From the NCBI RefSeq assembly GCF_009914755.1, contig NC_060948.1: DNA of 64,000 bases; one strand, written 5' to 3'. The notes below the pieces were generated by a model, which saw nothing but the letters and a program-made list of their open reading frames with translations, had not been told where the DNA came from and searched no databases. The DNA is from the human T2T-CHM13v2.0 reference genome, Homo sapiens. A program made the translations under genes and the position numbers. This document shows, piece after piece, positions 57,690-64,000 of this stretch (the stretch's first letter is position 1; each line of letters starts with the position of its first letter).

Positions 57690-58670
57690 CATGCCACTAA
57701 ATTCAGACACCACCAAGGACTGTGAATTTGAGCAGAAGTGAGGTGTGTCACTTCCTCCCAGAAGCCTGGGTCGTGGTTGCCCTTGGAGAACATAATTTTT
57801 TGAAAATATTTATTTTACTTTAAGTTCTGGGATACATCTGCAGAACGTGCAGGTTTGTTATACTGGTGTACATGTGCCATGATGGTTTCCTGCACCTATC
57901 AACCCATCATCTAGGTTTTAAGCCCCACGTGCGTTAGGTATTTGTCCTAATGTTCTCCCTCCCCTCACCCTCAACCCCCTGACAGGCCCTGGTGTATGAT
58001 GTTCCCCTCCCTGTGTCCATGTGATCTCATTGTTCAACTCCTACTTATGAGTGAGAACATGTGGTGTTTGGTTTTCTGTGTCTGTGTTAGTTTGCTGAGA
58101 ATGATGGCTTCCAGCTTCATCCATGTCCTTGCAAAGGACATGAACTCATTCTTTTTTATGGCTGCTTAGTAATTCATAGTATATATGTGCCACATTTTCT
58201 TTATCCAGTCTATCATTGATGGGCATTTGGGTTGGTTCACTGTTTTTGCTATTGTAAATAGTGCTGCAATAAACATACGTGTGCATGTGTCTTTATGGCA
58301 GAATGATTTACAATACTTTGGGTATTTGCGCAGTAATGGGATTGCTGGGTCAAATGGCATTTCTGGTTCTAGATCCTTGAAGAATTGCCCCACTGTCTTC
58401 CACAATGGTTGAACTAATTTACACTCAACAGTGTAAAAGCGTTCCTATTTGGAGAACATCTTTTGTTCTCTCTCTCCCTCCCTGAGAGTGGAAGTATTCC
58501 AGAACAGGGCTGCTTTATCCCCCTGGGTCCTAGTCTTAAGATGACAAATAGTGAAGCCCCCATTGGTGAGCAGGTGGTATGGGTGAGAAACAGACTTTGG
58601 TGATGTTAGCTGCTGAGATTCTGGGATTGTTTGTTATAGCAGCATCACCTGGTCTGTCCTGACTAATACA
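57690..58670. mobile_element. MLT1I/J-like LTR (+) split by an L1PA 3' fragment (57795-58448, -) with TSD TTGGAGAACAT
   Basis: TSD at 57783-57793 and 58449-58459; LTR end CCTGACTAATACA. Confidence 0.8.
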
Positions 58671-59206
58671 CATATTGACAATTTACTTTTCATCGAATTA
58701 CTTTGTTGAGCTGTGTGTTAATAGAATGAAAATGCTGCTTTGTGCAAAAAACACTAGCTAATAATATAGACCCTTAGTTCCACGAGCATTTTCTACCTTG
58801 TATTCCTTGGTGCAAGGACTTAACAAATCATTTGGCACTTGTACAAGAGCATTCATATAAAGAGGCAGCAGCTTAATTTTGCTTGTTTCCCAAGCAATGT
58901 GTTCAGGGAGGTCTAGACACAGAGTGGACAGATGAAGGAAAATGACCCAATGAAGACATTTTCCAGGACATGTTCCCTGGCTGTGCTGTAGGGGTGACCA
59001 CATTTTAGTCTAGTAAGGTTAAAGATCAGAGCTGAATACTGCTGAAACTTGAGCGTCCTAAAAATTCCCTGTTAAAGGTATCCCATGGAGAGATCCAGGT
59101 CTCACTACATGATTTGAAAATGGTCTTATTTGGAGGAATCAAATTAATCAGCTCACAACAAGATGCTTGTATACTTGTGGTGTTGAGACCTCAGTGATGG
59201 ATACCT

Positions 59207-59652
59207 TTTTGTTTTTTCTTTGAGACAGAGTCTTCCTCTGCTGCCCATGCTGAAGCGCAGTGGCAATCACATAGCTCACAGCCCCCTTGAACTCCTGGGC
59301 TCAAGATATCCCCTCAACTCAGCCTTCTGAGTAGCTGGAACCACAGCTCTGTGCCACCACAGCTGGCTGATATTGTAATGCTGAGATCTTCATCTGTACA
59401 AAAAAAATAAAAAATAGCCAGGTGTAATGGTGCACACTTGTAGTCCCAGCTACTTTGAAGGCTGAGGTGGGAGGATTGTTTGAGCCTAGGAGTTTGAGGC
59501 TACAGGGAGCCATGATTGCACCCACTGCACTCCAGCCTGAGCAACACAGTGATGTTGCCCAGGCTGGCCTTGAACTCCTGACCTCAAGCAATCCTCCCAC
59601 CTTGGCCTCCCAAATTGCTGGGATTACAGGTGTGGGCCATCGCACTCAGCCG
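59207..59652. mobile_element. Rearranged AluJ (minus / plus / minus segments)
   Basis: Orientation switches at ~59375 and ~59550. Confidence 0.75.
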
Positions 59653-60054
59653 GTGTTGAATACTTTCCGATGGCAGGTTGAGAAGACATGACTGGTAGAA
59701 GAAAAATGTTCCTAGGGCCAACCACATGGGGGCAGACTTTGTTGGGGCACCATGGCAACAGTTCCCAGTGGCAGGACCTGACGTTTCAGGAGCTAGGGAA
59801 AAGGGAGGCCATGGAATACAGGTTGAGACGTGGTAAGGACAGTCCCAAATGTTGCCTACCCCAGTTTTGTTCAGCAAAAGTCTCAGTCGTTGATTCCTTT
59901 TGTGGGCTGAAGGTATAATTCGGCTTTTTCTGCCCAATATGATGTTTGTGAGATTCATCCATATCATCCAGATGTAGGAGCCTCCTGGATTTGGAGCCTC
60001 CTGGATTTTACAGCTCAGGGTACCTTGGGGAACTGGAGGCAGAGCTTACTCTTG

Positions 60055-60320
60055 TTAATAACTAAAATCATAACAGTGATAGTTGACATTTACCCAGCTC
60101 TTGCAGTGTCTAAGGGGCTATCCCAAGAGCTTCCTTTATGTGCGTTGCCTCGTTTAATTTTACAGCCTTCTCATCATGGTTACACCATTATTATCTGAAG
60201 TTACAGGTGCACCAACTGAGACCTAGAGGGTTTCAGGACTAGCTGTGCATGCCTGGAAAAGTTTATGACAGTTCTGGGTTTGCAGCTTCAGTCAGTGTGG
60301 CTGAGAGCTTGTAATCACCA
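60055..60320 (-). mobile_element. MIR relic
   Basis: GTTGACATTTAC...CCTCGTTTAATTTTACAGC...TTACAGGTGCACCAACTGAGACCTAGAGGG. Confidence 0.6.
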
Positions 60321-61569
60321 GGCTTCTGCCCACAGGAAGCAAGCAGGGTGAGGATGGACTGGGTTCCTGGTTATCTTGATTCTGATTCTTTGATAGTAAT
60401 TAGACACACATGTAGCTGAGGTGCCATCAGCCCTGTTGTTTCCTGAGGTAGCTTTGATGCTGATGGTAGGGTCGGCTTTTCAACTGTGACTTTGCAGCCC
60501 TTGGAATAAATTTCATTGTAGGAAGCACTGAGTCACCATCTTCAAAGCAGGCAGCAAAGACCTTCAGAGCTGCTCCAGGGAACGCAGACAGCTCAGCTAA
60601 GTTTGTTTACCTTCTGGAAATGTCAGATTTGGAGGTTCATTGCATTTGTCAGGGGAGCAACGTGCCTCTGTTGACATCGCCTCACCCTGCCGTGCAGCTA
60701 TGCTTCTCTTCTCTGCTCCTGAAGGTCTCAGACAGCCAGGCTGCAGTCCAAGTGTCACCCCTTAATTTCAGCAGGCAGGCTGTTCTCCCGTGTCAGGGAA
60801 CAACCTGAGTTTCAGAAAAGTGTCAATTTTGTGCTGCCGAGGAAGAATTTGGGCTTAGGCAAATGGTAAGGTCATAGCAGATGCAAGCCCCAAATTTAGT
60901 TCCGAATCGTGTTTTAATTATGATTTCAGGCAAATGTAACACATTGAAATATGTGACAAGTATAAATGTAGTCATACCACCTACATTGGGGAATGACTTG
61001 TCCTGCAGCATTTTGGGGTGGGGAAGAGGGAAATTCCCAACATTGTGTTAAAATAATATCCTACATAAGAATACAGAATTAATCAACTGAAATGCTAGAT
61101 TTGTTTTGGTTTTACTCCAAAGACTAGTTAGACATACTCATGACACAAGAGTCACATAGTCTACTTTTGAGACTTAAAGAGAGAAACTAGAAGCTCAGAA
61201 AGCAGACTTTGGCGTTAAGCACTGGGTAAGTGGGAAGAACAGGGAGAAGAATGAGTTTCTATCCTTCATCCGTCTTTGTTCTGCTGCCTGTAAGCCCAGT
61301 TCATCTGTTGTTGTTGTTTTTTTCCCAAGGGGATCCGGTACCGAATGCAGCATCTACCAACCACAGGCACTGGATGTAACTATGCTTTGGTGAGCTTTCT
61401 TCTTGGGAAAACATGAAGAAATCACAGGCATTATTACTGTGTCTGTGAGTGTTGCTGGCAGGGCTGGCGGTCTCTGTTTTAATTCGCTTAATTGTGCACT
61501 AAAGCTTATCTTTTCCTTGCTGGTGCTTGTCCTTAGTTTATCACGCGAGGGAATTAAGATTCATTGGTT

Positions 61570-62480
61570 GGCCGGGTGCGGTGGCTCATGCCTGTAATCC
61601 CAGTACTTTGGGAGGCCGAGGCAGGCGGATCACGAGGTCAGGAGATCGAGACCATCCTTGCTAACACGGTGAAACCCCGTCTCTACTAAAAATACAAAAA
61701 TTAGCTGGGCATGGTGGTGGGAGCCTGTAGTCCCAGCTACTCAGGAGGCTGAGACAGGAGAATGGCGTGAACCGGGGAAGGCAGAGCTTGCAGTGAGCTA
61801 AGATTGCACCACTGCACTCCAGCCTGGGCAACAGAGCAAGACTCCATCTCAAAAAAAAAAAAAAAAAAAATTCATAGGTAAGGAATGCGTGGAGGGCTCT
61901 TTTATAACGTATCAATGCACAGCATAGATGGAAAGCATTCTTAGATCAAAAGAGCATGCCCAGGTTATTTCCCCAAATGAAACTACCCATAAACAGACTG
62001 AGATCCAGATGGTGACTCACCACTAGCAGCTCCCTGGAGAGCTCCACACACGCCTGCTGACAGTCACCATCCCTCTGCTGCCATCACGGTCTTCTAACGT
62101 TGCTGGTAGTTTTGAACATTTTCATACTTCATGCAAATACATCATATAGAGTAGGTGATTTTGGGGGTTCAGGGTATAATTCAGCCTTTTCTGCCTAAGA
62201 TGATGTTTGTGAGATTCATCCATGTCATGGCGTGTCAATATAGCTGTTTCATTGTCAACGACGTTTAGCATTTTCTTGGGTCAACACATCGAGACTTATT
62301 GATCCACTCTGCTGCTGATGGGCATTTCAGAAGTTTCCCATTTGCAGATACTGTCAATCAGGTACCTGGGAGCACTCTCGTCCATAGCATTTGTGACATA
62401 TCTGTGGCTTGCTAGGGAATTTCTACCCGGGGTGGACTTAGCACACCGGGGTCTGGAGGACTATTTTGAAAAGAATGCTG
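61570..62480. mobile_element. Alu (61570-61870, +) followed by an L1ME-type relic (-)
   Basis: Alu body; ATGTTTGTGAGATTCATCCATGTCATGGCGTGT...TGCTGATGGGCATTT. Confidence 0.75.
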
Positions 62481-62845
62481 GAAATTCGGTGAAAAGAGGG
62501 AGTGACTGATGACAAAAATCCTCCTATGGCAAAGAAGGTGGTAGTGGGCAGAATCTTCTACAGAGATCATCTCACTCTTCATGCACATCCCCACTAAACT
62601 TAGGAGAAACTTGAAAAGGGAAGAAATCTTTGCCCAAGGTCACTGTTGGTAAAAACCTAAGATCCTTCCTCCTTCCCTGGATGGCTTGTATTCTAACAGA
62701 AGCTCAGATAAATTCTGAAGTAAAGGGTTGGTATTTGATTGAAACCGATTTTGACATGATTTGTGAGTTTTTAAACCTTCCCAGGGGCATTCATTACCTT
62801 AAAATTCTAAAAGAAATTCAGGGCCATCTTAAAAGAGCTGATGGT

Positions 62846-63272
62846 TATAGACAAATCAGGCCATCTAGCAGAAGCATGAAAGAATGGATGTAAAATGAAA
62901 CTCACCTATAGACAAATCAGACCCTCTAGCAGAAGCATGAAATAATGGATGTAAAATGAAACTCACCTATAGACAAATCAGGCCCTCTAGCAGAAGCATG
63001 AAAGAATGGATGTAAAAATGAAACTCACCTATAGACAAATCAGACCCTCTAGCAGAAACAGGAAAGAATGGATGTAAAATGAAACTCACCTATAGACAAA
63101 TCAGGCCATCTAGCAGAAGCATGAAAGAATGGATGTAAAAATGAAACTCACCTATAGACAAATCAGGCCCTCTAGCAGAAGCAGGAAATAATGGATGTAA
63201 AATGAAACTCACCTATAGACAAATCAGGCCATCTAGCAGAAGCATGATAGAGGATGTAAAATGAAACTCACC
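62846..63272. repeat. 61/62-bp VNTR, 7 copies
   Basis: TATAGACAAATCAG at 62846, 62907, 62968, 63030, 63091, 63153 and 63214. Confidence 0.95.
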
Positions 63273-63292
63273 GTGGCATACTGGAACACTCA

Positions 63293-63675
63293 CTATCTTA
63301 GTCTGTTTTTTGTTGCTATGACCGAATACCTAAGACTCGGTAATTTGTAACGAAAAGAAATATACTTATGACAGTTCTGGAGGCTGGGAAGTCCAACAAT
63401 GAGGAGCTGCATCTGGTGAGGACCTTCTTGCTAGTGGGGACTCTCTCTGGAGAGTTTTGAGATGGGGCAGGCCTCCGAGAAAAACAACCTGGCTTTTGAT
63501 CACAGACCTGCTCTTCTGATAACTAACCCACACCTTAGATAACTTATTAATTGATTAATTCATGAAGGGATTAATCCATTCACGAGGGCAGAGCCTCATC
63601 TAAACACTCTTACATTGGGGGACCCAGCCTCAACATGACTTTTGGTAAGGGCAAACCGTATTCTAACCATAGCAC
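63293..63675 (-). mobile_element. MST-family MaLR LTR
   Basis: TCTTAGTCTG...CAGTTCTGGAGGCTGGGAAGTCCAA...TTAATCCATTCACGAGGGCAGAGCC...AACCATAGCA. Confidence 0.8.
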
Positions 63676-64000
63676 TTACAAACCATCTGCTTATGTTGAA
63701 TTAAATTTAGGTGGTTGAATACACACTCAGAGCTGTGACTCTTCGGTTTGATTTATCTCAGAAAGCTCTCAAAGTCCTCATGCTCTACTGAGCCCTCTCA
63801 GTATAGGTGGCATTTGCTACATAGCTGGACACTGAAGTTGGCAGCTGAACTTGGCTAGCAACAGGAGAGACTGATGGGTTAGAGTCGTTATGAATTAGTA
63901 CTATTTTACATTTGTTAGAAAAAAATTGCAAAACTGAACTATTATTATTAATCTTATCATTATTTTGAGAGGGGGTCCTGCTCTATTGCTCAGGCTGGAG

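Overview
Primate (most likely human or great ape) genomic DNA made up almost entirely of interspersed and tandem repeats. It holds about 55 Alu pieces (roughly a quarter of the window by manual tally), one full-length but inactivated L1PA2/L1PA3-type LINE-1 (13.4-19.4 kb, minus strand), many L1 3' fragments, ERV1/MaLR LTRs, Tigger3a, MER58 and MIR relics, and several minisatellites. The high Alu density, MLT1B- and MLT2-derived tandem units and GATA/GGAT tracts resemble distal Xp22.33 / pseudoautosomal region 1, but this placement is an inference. I recognise no host protein-coding gene, RNA gene, CRISPR array or prokaryotic system; nearly all ORF-track entries are Alu, L1 or low-complexity read-throughs. 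The most notable structures are: an L1 3' transduction with its own AATAAA, poly(A) and TSD; a TpC-depleted, APOBEC3-like hypermutated LTR; a ~2.2 kb degenerate palindrome; an L1-derived minisatellite with a 756-bp higher-order repeat; a 43-bp VNTR carrying seven AP-1 sites; a 5-copy tandem Alu array; several local templated insertions and micro-inversions; and a recurrent TpA>TpC change across unrelated repeat families. Repeat family names come from remembered consensus sequences, and element boundaries are approximate.
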